Below the pieces are notes generated by a model, which saw nothing but the letters and a program-made list of their open reading frames with translations, did not search any database and had not been told where the DNA came from. Below, one piece after another: positions 45,690-60,544 of a stretch of 64,000 nucleotides of DNA. Both the position numbers and the translations under genes were made by a program. Each line of letters begins with the position of its first letter. The first letter of the stretch is position 1. Source of the DNA: Basidiobolus meristosporus CBS 931.73 (lineage: Eukaryota; Fungi; Basidiobolomycota); the NCBI GenBank assembly GCA_002104905.1, contig MCFE01000333.1, positions 1-64,000 of the forward strand, given 5' to 3'.

Positions 45690-47292
45690 AGATCTAAGTT
45701 GTTCTAGGGAAAACCTGTTGCTTGTTGCACTATACCAAAACTTGCATTACCTAATTGAACACTCCCACATTGGGGCTGCTTAGCTTCTTAATGCCATAGA
45801 CATAGGTGCCTCAGTGTGCACACTGTCCTCTGTATTATCCAACTCTTCCTAGCTGTCCTCCATGTAGCAGTTTATCAGATCTATTACAGACTTGAAGGTA
45901 ATATTCTTGATGAGATTAGAATATGGTAGTACCTGCACCTTGACTTGTCTTCCTATTTCCCAGACATCCACTCCATAGGAAACTCCCAAAAAGTGGAGAC
46001 AGGCCCAATATTCTCCGCACACTTAGCAAGATAGAGTAGAGAATGACTACAGTAGTAGCAGAGATCTATGCATTCAGCCCTATACTTGTGGTATAGCCAC
46101 TGAGATTCCATCACTAACTCTGCGCACTAAAGCTGTAGATGCATCACGTTGGCATTGTTGAGCTGTTTCTGGATGAATATTCCTGCAGTGTCTACAAATG
46201 ACTCCCAATGCTTTCAATATACTCTTGATAGAAATGGCTTCAGAAGGTCACTTGAGTAGATGAATATCTAGCTCATCCAGTCCTTGGACTGATGTTGTTG
46301 CATATGTATATGAATGTTGATTGGAGCAAGTGAAAAGTATATGGGTTAACAGACACTCTGTAATTTCTTACCAACTCTCTCAAATTTCTCTTGTATCTCA
46401 AAGGGCCCATTTAGCTTGAAATGCTCCATGCACAACTTGATCATCAGCTTAGGGATATTATTAAAAAAGTAAATGTATTGGTCTAAGTGGAAACTAGACA
46501 ACAATACTGTCCATTGGGCCCAAAAGCTGGCTGTTTTACTAATGGCTGGGTATCTCCAATGTTGATAATAATATACACATGAATATGATGGCCATATATA
46601 GGTGTCCTGCCGGAAAGCATACAAGATTCATCCAGCAGTGGATAAGGTTAGCTTTCCAGGTTGTTTGGTAATCAAGGCCTTTCCTACAGTGGAATATTGG
46701 AGCTTTAATTGGCATATCAAGTGATTGCAGTTCTACTATTGCAAGGCTCAAGAAAACACACTTGAATATTGCAGGGATTTATTGCAAAGACAGGCACAGG
46801 AGGTGCTAGACCTTGCAATACCAGTGGAAGACCAGGACTATTGGGAACCAGTAAATGAACAGTGGCATGAAGCCAAAGGGGTCCTGTCAAAGTCAGGGAA
46901 AAGGGCATTACTGCCAAAATACTTACTCAACAGCGGACTTTAATGGAGTAACTTGCATAGAGTGGGGGTGGGCTAAATAATACAGTGGGGTATATGGACT
47001 TGTATACGCTAGTAAACTTGGCTATTGAGGTTTAATTGAAGTTTCAATGAAAATAAATTAATTGGTGTGCATGAAAAGTAAGAAAATTGGTTGCACCAGG
47101 AAGTAAGGAGTATGAAAAAGTGGTAGTAACTAATCTATACTCACAGATGTAGAAGATGCTCAGATGTCTGGTACCAGAAGGTGAGAAAATTGGCAGACAC
47201 CAATCAAAAGGCACATAGATATTGTTAAAATGGATAATCTTGACTATGTTTTGTGTGAAATTTGGGGTGCAATTATTTTTAAACAATCTTTG
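45690..47292 (-). mobile_element. CACTA transposase C-half (-, 45690-46680) joined to gene Y C-terminus (+) and segment X
   Basis: KLCMEHFKLNGPFEIQEKFERVG and FWEFPME motifs; ENTLEYCRDLLQRQAQEVLDLAIP at 46725-46943. X continues on the far side of gypsy G2. Confidence 0.7.
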
Positions 47293-50200
47293 TGTAATGA
47301 TCTGCCGCTTGAATGTTTAAGTGAGATCAGTTTTTAGTCAGAATCCATTAGTATATGTATAGGTTATCAGTATATCAGTATTATCTATGAAATCAGTAAC
47401 ATTAGTCAGCAAATGAATCAGCAGATCCTTATCAGACAGAAATAGATATATTAAGTAGGATCTTATTGGGTGATGATGACTCAATCAAATGAGTCAACAG
47501 CCACAACTTACATTAGGAAATACAATTAGTCAGCAATTGATCTGGCAAAATGTATATAAGGAGCTGCTGGAACCTCAATAAAAATCAGTTCAAGTTTTAG
47601 TGAATACAATACTAGCTAAACTCCCTATTCCTCTACAACTCTTATACCAAGACTTGTAAAATTGGTAGCAGCAATAACCAGAAACCTCCCTCCTGAAGAA
47701 AGAAGAAACCACCCTTGAGATGTTGGACAATCAAGAATGGAAGAATGCCATGCAGCAAATCCTGGCCCAACTGCAACAGTTACTCCAGATCCTCAGCCAA
47801 CAGCAACAAGGAATGACCACCATGGCTCAGAACCAGCAAAGCCCTGTTAAGAGCAACTTTAGTTTGAAGGTCAACCAGTACCATGGCAGAGTCAATGAAA
47901 ACATGGGAACTTGGCTCTTCCAGATTGAAGAAGCTTTTAAAGCTTAACAAATTGCTCCACAAAGCAAGTTGCATTATGCAGCTTCTTACCTGGCGGATGC
48001 AGCCTTACAGTGGTTCCACAACAAGATCAGGTCAGCCACTATGATGGGATGCTCTACAATCTCTACCTGGGATGAGTTTGTGTCAGAAATTCAGGATGCT
48101 TTTGAACCTCCACACCAGCAGACACTACTAAGAAGGAAGTTAAAGACACTCAGACAGAAAGGAACGGTTCAACAATACATCTATGAGTACAGATGTCCAC
48201 TTGGGCAAATTGAAAGAATGGACCCCCTGGATCAAGTTGAATACTTTGTTGATGGGTTGAAAGAAAGAACTTGCAAGGAAGTGAATTATTGAAGACCTCA
48301 GACAATAGAAGAAGCCATCAAGATTGCCATTGACTATGACTCAGCTATGTTTGGAGTTGGGAAGCCTACAGTGACTAATCAGAAAAGCTGCAATCATTAT
48401 GAAAGAAGACAGTCAGAAGCAGTACCAATGGAAATAGACGCTATGCAGAAGAATCCTACCTCAGAAGAATGTAAGAAGAAAGGACTTTGCTTCAATTGCC
48501 ACCAGCAGGGACATATTGCAAAGTACTGCCCTCAGAGAAGAAATGGACACCAGCCATCAAGAACCTTTAACCGTATTGAGGCCATGGAGCATAGTAACAT
48601 GAAGGATGAGCTTGAAGAAGACTCAGAACGCACCTTCCACATGACAGAAGAATACCTATCCCAGATGACCTCAAACTCAGGAAAGCTATTATGCTTGAAT
48701 GGAGTAATCAATGGAGTACCTGCCAAGATCATGATTGACTCAGGAGCATTGCATGAGTACATGTCAGAGCAATTTGCTCTGCAAGCAGGAATCAACTCAG
48801 AACCTACCAAATCAACTTCAGTCTCCACAGCTGATGGGAACTCTCACATAATCAACCGTATTACTCAGCCAGTAAGAATGAAGATCAATGACTATGAAGA
48901 AGACCTACAGGCCTATATATTTGGGAACTGCAAGTTTGACCTTGTACTTGGAAAAACCTGGCTATTTTGTTGTAGTCCATCAATCAACTGGAGAACCCAT
49001 GCTACTCAGATCCAAAAAGACAACAAGACCTATGAGCTATTACCTGCCAGGCTGGATTTCAACTTGGTCAATTCCAGTGTGTGTGAGACAAGTGAACTTA
49101 GCAAGACCCAGTTCTGTAGAGTGCTTAGAAAAGGTACTCAGATGTTCCTCATGGCAGTTTTACAGGAGGATTCCTCTCCCCCAGCACCCCATCAGGTCCA
49201 GACTCTCTTGAAGAAATATTCAGACATGCTTCCAGATGAGCTTGTAAGCCTACCACCAGTCAGAGAGGTGGATCATGCGATTGACACAGGAGATAGCCCT
49301 CCAGTGAGCAAGACACCTTACAGAATGAGTCCATTGGATTTGGAGGAAATGAAGAGACAAATTGATCAGCAATTGGAGCAAGGATACATCAGACCCAGCA
49401 AGTCACCTTGGGGAGTGCCAATGCATTTTGTAAAAAAGAAGGATGGAACACTTAGGATGTGCATTGACTACAGAGCCCTGAACTCATGTTGCCGTCAAGA
49501 CAAGTACCCCATACCTTGGATTGATGAGCTTTTGGACCAACTTAATGGAGCCACTATTTTCAGCAAGATTGACCTCATGTCAGGATAGAACAAAATTAGG
49601 GTGAAACCAGAAGATATTCCTAAGACAGCATTTAGGACCAGATATGGACATTTCAAGTACTTAGTCATGAGTTTTGGCCTCACTAATGCCCCTGCAACAT
49701 TCATGATGCTGATGCAGACTGTCTTTCAGCAGTACTTAGACAAGTTTGTAATAATCTACCTGGATGACATATTGTTATACAGCAAGACAGAAGAGGATCA
49801 CGTAGTGCACATTGAAAAGGTTTTGAAGAAATTAAGAGAGAACAAGCTATATGGCAAGTTAGCCAAGTGTGAATTCTTCAAGGAACACGTTGAATACCTG
49901 GGACACAGAGTAACTAGCACAGGAGTGACCTTAGACCCTAAGAAGGTTGCAGTTATCAAGAATTTGAAGTAGCCCCATAGCATATCAGAACTAAGATCAT
50001 TCCTTGGAATGGTTTCCTTTTATCGGATATTTGTCAAGTCTTTTGCAAGTATTGCAGCCCCTTTAACTGATATCCTCAAGAAAGACAATGCCTACAAGTG
50101 GGACATAGCTTGTGAGACTGCCTTCCAGACGCTCAAGAATGAACATGCTAAGCTGCCAAGCTTAAGAATACAAGACTTCAGAAAAGAGTTCACTCTGTGC

Positions 50201-52231
50201 ACAGATGCTTCAGATTATGCAATTGGTGGAGTGCTGAGCCAAGAACACAAGGGAAAGGACTACCCTGTTGCCTTTGAATCCAAGAAACTGAACTCAGCAG
50301 AACAAAACTATCCAGTCCATGAGAAGGAGATGCTTGCTACAATACACTGTTTGAAGACATGGAGATGCTATATTGAAGGAGTCAAATGCACTGTGAAGAC
50401 TGATCATGCCTCCTTCAAGTATATATTTACTCAGAAGGTACTCTCTAGAAGAATGACAAGATGGAGTGAATACATTCAGCAACTTGACCTGGAGATTGTC
50501 TACTGCCTTGGAAAAAACAACATGATTGTTGATGCCTTATCAAGATTAGGTCAAGTTGCACAACTCAACTTGGTGCATAAATCAGATTGGCCTAGCCTAT
50601 TACCAAAGTACTTGGAGGACCAAGCCATTCCTAATGAGGTGGATGAAGATATCAAGAAGATGATCCGTGATGAAGCCAGCAAGTTTGTAGTACAGGATGA
50701 AACACTCTACCAAATAGTTGATGGAAGCCCTATTGCCTATTGTCCTTATGTCTCTTGCCTGGATTTAATACATAAGCTACACAATGGATATGGACATCTT
50801 GGAATTGAAGGAACCTATAGTCTTGTGAAAGCCAGAGCATGGTGGCCCAGAATGAAACAAGACATTGAGAAGCTAGTAAAACATGCCCAAACTGCCAAAT
50901 CAATCAAGGCCAGCCACAAAGAATTGCCAAACTCTTCCCTTTTGAGCCTGTAAGACCATTTGAGAGATGGGGAATTGACTCTATTGGAAGACTGCCAACC
51001 ACCAGGAAATGCAACCATTGGATCCTAGTAGCAATTGATCATGCCACTAAATGGCCAGTTGCTAACGCTGTACCAATAGCCAGTGGACAAGAAGCTGCAA
51101 GTTTCATTTACCATGAGATCCTGATGAAGTTTGAATGCCCTGTGGAGATCTTATCTGATAGAGGAGCAAACTTTATGGCAAAGACATTAGAGGCTTACCT
51201 GGAAATGCAGCAGATCAGACACTTGAAAACCTTGGCATATCACCCCAGAACTAATGGAGTCACTGAGTGGTTTAATGGATTATTTGGAAAAATGCTGACC
51301 AAGTATGCAAATGGAGTTGTCAGTAGATGGGATGAGTATATAGACCAAGCACTCTTTGCATGCAGAGTCAGAGTACACAACACCACCCAGCAATCACCAT
51401 TTTACTTAGTGTATGGATGTGAACCAAGGATTCCAGGAGATCTCACACAACCAAAGCTTATAGACACCTTAGAAGATGAGCTCAGTCAGCCAAGCAGACA
51501 CCAGCAACTGGAACAAAGACATCAAGAGGTTCAGACCAAAGTATCTCAAAGTGCAGAAACAATGAAGCAGAGATTTGATAAGACTATAGCACCAGAAGCA
51601 TTGACAGTTGGGAGCTTTGTATTGCTAAGAAACAACACTTGGAAGAAGTTTGAGCCACAATGGACATGACCATTCAAGATCATCAGAGAATGTTCATTTG
51701 CAACATACCAACTGGTGGACAAACAAGGTAATACCTGGGAAGACTTAGTGCATAGGGACAGACTCAAGCTTGCCAGACTTGCTGATAATACTGAACCATC
51801 AAGATATTGGTATCACAAGAAAAGAGATTCAGGAGAACCCTCTCAACTTTAGTAGGGGAGAATGTTATGATCTGCCGCTTGAATGTCTAAGTTAGATCAG
51901 TTTTTAGACAAAATCAATTGGTATATGTTTAGGTTATCAGTATATCAATATTATCTATGAAATCAGTAGCATTAGTCAGCAAATGAATCAGCAGATCCTT
52001 ATCAGACAGAAACAGATATATTAAGCAGGATCTTATTGTGTGATGATGATGCAATCAAGTGAGTCATCAGCCACAACCTACATTAGGAAATACAATTAGT
52101 CAGCAATTGATCTGGCAAAATGTATATAAGGAGCTGCTGGAACCTCCATAAAAATCAGTTCAAGTTTTAGTGAATACAATACTAGCTAAACTCCCTATTC
52201 CTCTACAACTCTTATACCAAGACTTGTAACA
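47293..52231 (+). mobile_element. Full-length Ty3/gypsy element G2 (4939 bp), inactivated
   Basis: 369-bp LTRs 47293-47661 and 51863-52231 (20 mismatches), exact 4-bp TSD TTTG, PBS TGGTAGCAG at 47663, PPT at 51851-51862. Confidence 0.97.
47720..51852 (+). pseudogene. Gypsy gag-pol (single-frame gag-PR-RT-RH-IN) with stops and frameshifts; no chromodomain visible
   Basis: [43 protein letters not shown]...GHLG, WGID, SDRG, AYHPRTNG. Confidence 0.93.
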
Positions 52232-52235
52232 TTTG

Positions 52236-54620
52236 CATGGTATCCTGATGGGATCAGCACCTCCTAGTCAAAAAACTTCAGCTTTAGATGGCTCTTCAAC
52301 AGTTCATCACTGCTATTTTTGTAGGGCTCACCTAGCTGTACTTCCAGATTTTGCAAAAACAGTTGTTGTCTGGTTGGTAGTTCTTCTTCGCTGATATGGG
52401 ATTCAGTCTGTTCTATGTTAACAGTATTACTTAGCAAGGACTGCAACTATGTCTTACACTTCCCTGTGTCTGGTTTTGGTAGACTATATTTCTTTTACCT
52501 TTATCTTTATTGCTGCTAGATTTTTCACTGCTGTTTTGATTCAGTGGTTTGTGTATTGTTTGTACCCTCTCCTAGATAATTGCTGCAACAGTACATTTGT
52601 TTCTGCCTATATATCCCTTAGCAGCACTCTACAGCTACCTGATGCTTCTATGCCATTTGTGTCAAGTTATCAGTGATGCTACCAACAGGTTCTTGCGGAA
52701 ACTGCTTTCTTATCACTACCATACCCTTTACTTCCACTTTCACTAAGTGCCCCTATATTGAGCTAGGTTTTCTCTTGGCAAGTATTGCACTGTTGCATCA
52801 ATATCTACCTGCTTGTGCCATACAGCCACTTTTTGACTAGCTGACATATCTTTGACACTTGCTTAAAGCTTTTGGCTATGCTTATGACAGGGTCTGGAGG
52901 AAGCTGCTGGCTCTTAAGGTGTGCCAGCCCTGAGGTGATGGCCTGCTGAATGTTGACTGCATCTTGAACATTAGCCAACTTACCATCATTGAACTTGATT
53001 GCTTTGCAGATCTTTAGTGACTGTTCTTATTCAGACTTTAGGATATGTATCTCTTTGTCTGCTCCCTATGCTGTCATAGAATTTTCATTAGGCAATGTTG
53101 TTTGGCTCAAAGACTCTACAGTGTTGCTGTAGAGTTACATTGGAATATGGCTCATTCTTGATGTATAACATTAAGCTACTTCAGTTCCCTATTTGCAGCC
53201 TACATTCATGGTTCACTAACTGAGATAATAATTGCTCTATACGCAGTACCCACTGTGGTGGTGTAAGGCTAAGGGAGTGATATGTCCAGCACTTCTCAAG
53301 TATTTTGTGTATGGTGTGTCTACTAGGTGTAATAGCCCTTGGCAAAGGTTTGCTAGAAATACTGGGGCTTTGCCTCAGCTTTAAAATCAACAGAAATAAA
53401 GCCACAAACATGTCAACAAAAGACAACTGAGCTACAATCCCCAACATATTTGCATCTTAACAACAGTATGTGCTGTGTGTAGCATTCTTTGTTATGACAA
53501 TGCACCAAAGCTTTTGAAGTCAAAATAACTGTGAAATCCACCTGCATGCACTTGATAAGTATGCAGCAATGGTCAATAGTTGCAAACACAGATAAGTATC
53601 TTTGCCTAAGCAAGAACAAACTTGGCAAAGAATCATGTATCACAGAAGATACCTACTCTGAGTATTCCTAAAAGTAGTGCCTCTTAGGTCAGTTAGCTGT
53701 TAGCATGGTTTTCTGGGAGTGTTCTGTTATTAGGTATTGGAAGTTCAGGTGGCAGCAGGTGGCAGTGATCATGCTAATCAAGAAGTAGGTATATTAGTCA
53801 AAGGGATTATGATTCACTGTTGAGGGATTGCCTCCCACATATACTTTTCTCACTTTGGAATGAGCTAAGAACATTCCAAGCAGATGTGGGGAGGTTCAAA
53901 GATGCGCAACACATCCAATCAATCAACTGTGTAGCAAAGGAATACCATATATGGGATAAAATGGTATGGAAGGTGGTGCAGCTTGGTCATATGTCATTCA
54001 TACTGATGTGTGTAATTGCCATATATAGAAGCTCTTACATCTTGTAACTTACATGAGGTGAGTGAATACTGATGCAACATATAAGCAGGTGTAATAGTTG
54101 GCTAGCGTATGAGATAGTACTGATCAGATAAGACAAATGCAATAAAACTAAAACAAGAGTAGTAGTGAATATGGGAATGAGCACATATCCAGCAGGAGTC
54201 ACTACAGCACACTACACTACTCATCATATTTATGAACTATCTCCTGATTTGTCTGGGCTATTACATCTATTAAATCAGCCACTGCACCTGATGACCACAT
54301 TGATGCACCAGTATGAGCTGACAGCAAGCTGGCTAATATTGGTGGAGGTGATGTTTAGACAGTTACTTGCTGGTCTCCAACCAGATATACTGCATTTGCT
54401 ACACACTCATCTACTTAAACAAAATGGTCAGCTTGTAGCTCTGCAGTGGTACTCAACAACCTTCTTGACAAGGATCTTGAGGAGTCTGCATTAGGACTGT
54501 AAAGTGCAGGCTTTCAAAAGAGCCTTTTGTGGATTAGCCTTGCTTGTTGCACTGAATGTTGAAGTAGCCTGTTGTCCCATTATTTCTCTTCTGTTCCTTG
54601 CATGGGAATTGTTTGGGTAC
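52236..54620 (-). mobile_element. Segment X remainder plus N-terminal half of gene Y, split by a family Z solo LTR
   Basis: 52236-52260 reversed matches 1890-1915. 52440-53160 matches 18700-19500, and 54330-54620 reversed matches 10560-10860 and 62640-62800. Confidence 0.65.
53254..54216 (+). repeat. Solo LTR, family Z (older, diverged)
   Basis: TGTGGTGG...ACACTACA with flanks CCAC and CTAC (one mismatch). Confidence 0.8.
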
Positions 54621-55650
54621 CAGAAAACATTGCTTATTTTTGCAGCATATCTGTGGAGATGAATCAAACTAATGGGGATATGAAATTACATATATGTGTG
54701 TATGTGTTACCAAGGCTTTATTCATAATGCTTACTATTGTTTGTCATCATAGTGTCTTCTATTCATGTAGACATGATGTCTTCAACATAAGGCCAACTTA
54801 AACTCACAAGAACATTGACAAGAAAGCCATATAATAGCATTAAGTAGAGGAGTGCCAAGGTGTTAGATCCATGGACAAGACTGCTTTGATTCAATAACAT
54901 AGAAGAAGGGAAAAAAGACAATGTGGCTCTGATTGAAAACCGTTCAATCATGAATCACACACACAGCATAAGAAACACTACAAGGATCACAGGCAGTATC
55001 TCCTGCTCATATCATAGTTGAGCAATCATTGGTCACTACTATACTGACAATATCTAATCAGTCACTTGATATTACTTTGACAACACCTTGCTGCACTTGT
55101 GACTTTGCACAGATGGAGTTCAATACATTTATGGCACCTTTTGACTCACTTCAGCCTCTTGAATATGGCTTGCAGAGTAGTAGCTCCAAAGAGAAGGCTC
55201 AATGATACATTGTGAGCCTATTCCCCCCACTGCAATACACTGCATGAGATCAGAAAAATCCTAGTATGCAATGAAACAACACCCATGGAAAAAGCATTAG
55301 GCTTACTCTGTGTAGCTAAGTGAGCACAGCAAGCCATTTACTAGTAAAAGATGAAATGTTGTGGCTAGGAAAGTGGTATTTTTCCACAAATATCATTAAT
55401 GGGGACCTTGAGGATTTACTGCTTCTTTGTTTTAAAGTCATGGCAGGATGCAGCTTACCATGTACTTGGTACATATGAGTAACTGTCATGCAGCTGGCAA
55501 CATATGACCTAGAGATCATCTTGGTATCAACATGTGTTAACAGTTGCATGGTACTTACATTAGAGGATGCCACCATTGCACCATGTCCAACTTGTTGAAA
55601 AACCACTATTATTGGAGAAAAAGATTGTTTATATTCTGCATGTATTCCAG

Positions 55651-58600
55651 TGTTGTAAGACTCTTGAAGTTGTTGGAAGTGTTGGTGCAAACACAAATAT
55701 TATGTGGTTTTTGCTCAATGCTCCATTGGGTGTAAAGTAGTATATATACTCTTATATAGTCTTGGTGTCAAAAGCATGTTGAATATATTTGGGAATGCCT
55801 AACAAGATTATTTGTAAGGTTTAGGGCAGTTTGGAAACTCTAAGAATTCTTGTTTTCTGGGTATCTGATTTTGGTTTGATAAATTTGTCTGCAATAATTT
55901 AATCTGCAAAGCAGTAAACCAGGTTAGTTATGACACATTCTATGGCCTCATATTCAATACAATGCCTGATATTTATGTGCTTGGTTTTTGCATGAAGAGT
56001 TGGAATTCTAACCAATTGATACTTCCTTGACTATCTTGAAATAAAGTAATAAGTGCTATTTGACATAAGCTCAAGTATTTGAGAGCTCTCTTAACCACAT
56101 TTGCTACTTTTTAGCTTCACAGGCAGCTAAGCTCTCCAGTTCAGTAGCAGAAATCACAACTATTGGTTGTATTCTTGCAATGCATGAAGTGGCTGTGTTG
56201 CAGTAAAGAAAGGTGCATCTTGTTGTGGATCATCTGCCCTCCATATTGGGTCCCCAATCAGCTTCAGAGTATCCCACAAGATCCTGTTCTAAGTCTTTAG
56301 AGCTGTACCTTATGTTGATATTGGCAACTCCTAGTAAGTATCCAAAAGCCAACTTAACTGCAGCAAGTTTGATAATATCCCTAATGCTGATTGGGTTGGC
56401 TGACAGCTTCCATTGAATATGCAACTTCTGTTCATGTTCCAGTCTGTACATAAATCAGACAGCTGGCCATAGATTGGTAAGGAAACTCTGGGCTTTCAGA
56501 TGGCACCAAGCACACTTGATTTGGTTGGGTTTAACTAAGTAAAGGTTTGTCTTGATTGGCATAGCTGCAGGTTTACAGTCTTCAGTATGGCACTTCTTAG
56601 GTATATCTTGGATATACTTGGACTGACTTAGGGTGTTAGCCTGGGTGCCACTGCTAATGGAAAACTCTATAGTTAAGCAGTAACTATGCTCTGTGTAGCT
56701 CAGACATTTGAGCTCCTTAGATAAGCAGGACTTGGTCCCTTCAAATGCTTCTTAGTTATTAATGGTTATAATAACATCATCAACATATAGAGCCAATGAA
56801 GCTGGACTTGATCTCTCTGTCATAGAGTTAATATAGTTGTTAGTAGTACTTTTTGCAGACTCAATCATTTCAGTTTAGATCTTTTACTGGAATTTCAGTC
56901 TGTTGGTAATTTTTTAAGATCACATGGAGACTTTTTAGGCTTGCAGACTCATAAGGGGCTATCCTGGGCAGCAGGCCAACCAGACTGACTCATGAATGCA
57001 TCCTCAAAAAGCTCTTCATTTAAAAATGCAGATTTTACATTGATCTGATGAATCAGAAACTTATATTTGGTTACATATGCCAGTATTAGTCTGATGCAGT
57101 TAAACTTAGCAACTTGCAGAAAGGTCTCATGATAGTCTAGTCCTTTTTTGTGAGAGTATACTTTGGCTACAGTTGTTTTGTGCATCTCTCAGTTGTATCA
57201 CTAGCCTTATGTTTGTTGTTTAGATCCAACTGCATCCAATTGATTTTTGATCAATTGATATTTTGACTAAGCCCCAAGTTGGACTTTCCATCAGAGCTTG
57301 CTACTCCTCAGTCTTTGGACAGCTCAAAAGCTTTGCCTTAGGTGTTTGGGACTTACTTTACAATCTGGGGTGCATTGATATGGACAGAATAGGCATAGGC
57401 TAAGCTTGTACCATAGTTGTTATACTCATATCAGCTATTTCTAGTCTGATTGGATCTCTTCCATTGTAATACAGAAATAGTCCCTTCTGCAATATTGCTA
57501 GGCACTGATTCATGCTTGACTTTTGTTGAAAAATCTTCTGGAGCAAAAAGCTTTTATTGATATGCTTTGATTCATTTGGACCATGGGGGACTTGAGATCA
57601 GATTTCTCCTCAATATCTGAGGCAATATTTAAGAAAATTGCAAGTCTTTGTCCAATGGCACATTCCTGGCCTTGATCAACTTCACTTCTTTGGTACTGTA
57701 GAGTCTGTATACCTTACTTGCTTTGCAATTTGCCAGATTTAGCATTCCACACTTTTTGCTCCAATTTCTGGGTGGCTGCTGAGCAAAAGCTGCACAACCA
57801 AATACTTTAGGGTGCTCTCAGAGCTCTAGGACAGTTGTCTGGCTTATTTTTCAAATATACAGGCTTCATAATGCTCCAAATTCTTTGTGGGATAAGGTCC
57901 TACTATAAATATATATAAATATAATGCTAGATATTACCAGTGACCCAAGAAAATACCAAGAATATCTGTGATATGTAACAAATCTCTGGAGCTAGATTCA
58001 GTATACAGTATTTATTGAGGACCAAATGCAACCCTTCAGTCCTTCTGTGCTTCTATATATAGCAAGCAGCATAGATGTGAAAAAAAGTAAAAAATAGATT
58101 TTCTCCAGCACAGTGTGTGAGACATCAGGGCCACTTTGCATGACGGTGTAGAGCTACATTTCAAACTATGTGGCCAATATAGGTCTACTTGGCCAAGCTG
58201 GCATGCTATGGCACTATCCAACAGTCAAGTATAAGGTGTGACCTATCCTGACACTGTAGGAGCAAAATAGGTCAGTGATGCTATTAAGGAGTTGTGACTG
58301 CCTCCTTTATGGGTTGTCAATATATATTAAAGCTTTTTCTTTCTGTTTTTAAGTGCTGCATTTTCTGAATTCTTCTTCCAGGAGTCTCTACATAATAAAT
58401 AGTCAAATCTTTAGTTCTGGACCTTAGGGCTGATACATTTCCCTAAAACTTGTCTAGCAGTCTATTCATAATAGTAACTATTGCATCTTTATAAATAGTT
58501 TGTATGCTCACTGATTCTATCTTATCAACCTACATGATAAATCTGTTGATTAGATGCTTTTTTTCTTGTGCTGGTAGCATTATAGTAGTAAAAAGCTTTG

Positions 58601-59610
58601 TTCAAGATACTTTTTTGTAGTAACTGAATATGACTGATATGTGTCTTCTAATGACTTCCAGGCATTCTTTGCCATTTCTCCACTTGAGCATTAAATTAGA
58701 AATTTGTCTTTAACTATAAGGCATCTGAGGTCAGAGGTATTTTATGTTGTAAAAATATGTAATTCCACCTAAATATTCACATGATTTAGTCACTCAGATC
58801 ATCACCTTTAGCTCTTAGACAATGCTGACCAAAATCCTTGTTTGGATTTACCTACAATACTTTCACCAAACTATCAGGCACCCAGAACATAAAAATTAGA
58901 TAGGTTAACCTATTCTACATATTTGTTATGCCATTACATGTAAAGTAGAAATACTACTTTTACATTTGATAAATCACTAAGTGTACACCATGTAATCTAC
59001 TTGTTCTCCCAATCACTTTCAATCTCTTAAAGACTCTTACCACATTTTATTGTTCTTCTGGTGCTTCACAGCTTCTCTCCTAGGTTTTGGGGGAGGGCAT
59101 TCTTATACCCTATTATCATCCCAATGGCCTTCTTCATGTAACAGTATTCTCTTCTTCACCCTCCAGTTTTGGTTATTAGATCCATTCAACTTTTTTGCAG
59201 AGAAGGAGACAGTAGTAATAGCTGTAGTACACATTGCAACAAATAATAGCATGGGGCTCATAACTTGCTGTAGGATTCTTGGAGATATTCCTTCCAATTG
59301 GCAGATCAAGTAGATTATTTGGTTCATACTTGATGATTCAATAGATGTAAAAGTAACACAGTAGTTTTACATGCTCTTGGCATGAGAAGCATACATGATA
59401 TGCTTAGAAAGGTCCCAAGAGCACCTGTACAAACTTTGTGACTGTCTGGACAACTCTGAGAATTTCCATGTGCCTGGCATCTGATGTCCCTGGTGAGAAA
59501 GTTATAAGTAAATCCCAATAAGGAATATTGTTAGTTTTCTCAGAGATTTACAGGTAGTGATCTGACCAAGTTTGGTGAGCACTTCAGTGTATTTACAAAT
59601 TTTTATAACA
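55651..59610 (-). mobile_element. Old degenerate copia element with both LTRs, carrying a MITE fragment (~57890-58235) and an inverted solo LTR
   Basis: LTRs from 55651 (TGTTGTAAGA) and 59266-59610, PBS-like AGTTATGAGCCCC, flanks TCCAG and TACAG. RT remnant HQINVKSAFLN and RNase H remnant GYSEADWG. Confidence 0.8.
58745..59044 (+). repeat. Copia solo LTR inserted in inverted orientation into gag of the copia at 55651-59610
   Basis: TGTTGTAAAAA...CTCTTACCACA with an exact TSD TTTTA on both sides; the gag sequence rejoins across it. Confidence 0.85.
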
Positions 59611-60544
59611 TACAGTCCAGCATATATTGTTGGACTATAAAGTACCACATTCAGTGTCAATAAAGTGCAAACACTAACTTTATTTGGAAGTCTTTACCAA
59701 GGTATGCCAGATTTCTTATAGTCACAAGCCAACTTCTGCACTATTGAATACAAAATTCTTACAAACAAGAGCCAGAGCACACCTCTAAGGGGGACTAGAG
59801 TTCAACAGGGAGAAGGAGTATATTGGTTAAATACCAAGAAGTTCTTTATGAATTTTCAGGAGGTGTTTATGGCAGAAGTACTGGCAATCAGGCATATGTT
59901 TGCATGATGTATATGTTAGCCTAAATACAAGGTATATGGCAACTTTGCAAGTTTCACTCTAAAAGCCTTAAAGTTGGGGTTATAGAAGTGTGTCAATTAC
60001 TGTAGGTGTGCACATATGTAGTGGTCAGTTTCCAGGAGGCCATAATTTTTTTTGACTTGAGCTATATATGGAGTACCCAAGGAAGTAGTGAGTAAGCAAA
60101 TAGAGAGAGTAATTTTACAGTGGAATATAAATGGCTCAAGGGGAGGTAGAAAAAGCAAGTTCCATTTGGTACATTGGTACAGTATCTTTATACAGAACTA
60201 TATGTAGGTCACTGTTATTCCATAATGATGCCAACAGAGGTTAACAATGAGGCTGTTAAAACACCAACAAGCTTCTTGCCATATAATGCAACTCAATGTA
60301 TTTGCAAGCTAGCTCTACTCAAACAAATGACAATCAAAATGCCATAAAATTCCTGTTAAGTGACTGCTGCAACACTATCAAGTTGTCACAATGTTTGGCA
60401 GTAAAATCAGAAAAGTCAAATGCCATCCTGTGATAAGATTATACTGGGAGTCTACAATACCAAGCAACCTGCACTATCACAGAATCATTGGGATACCCTG
60501 GCAGCTGATCTGGATTGGATCCACCTGTGGGGCCATATATGCTT

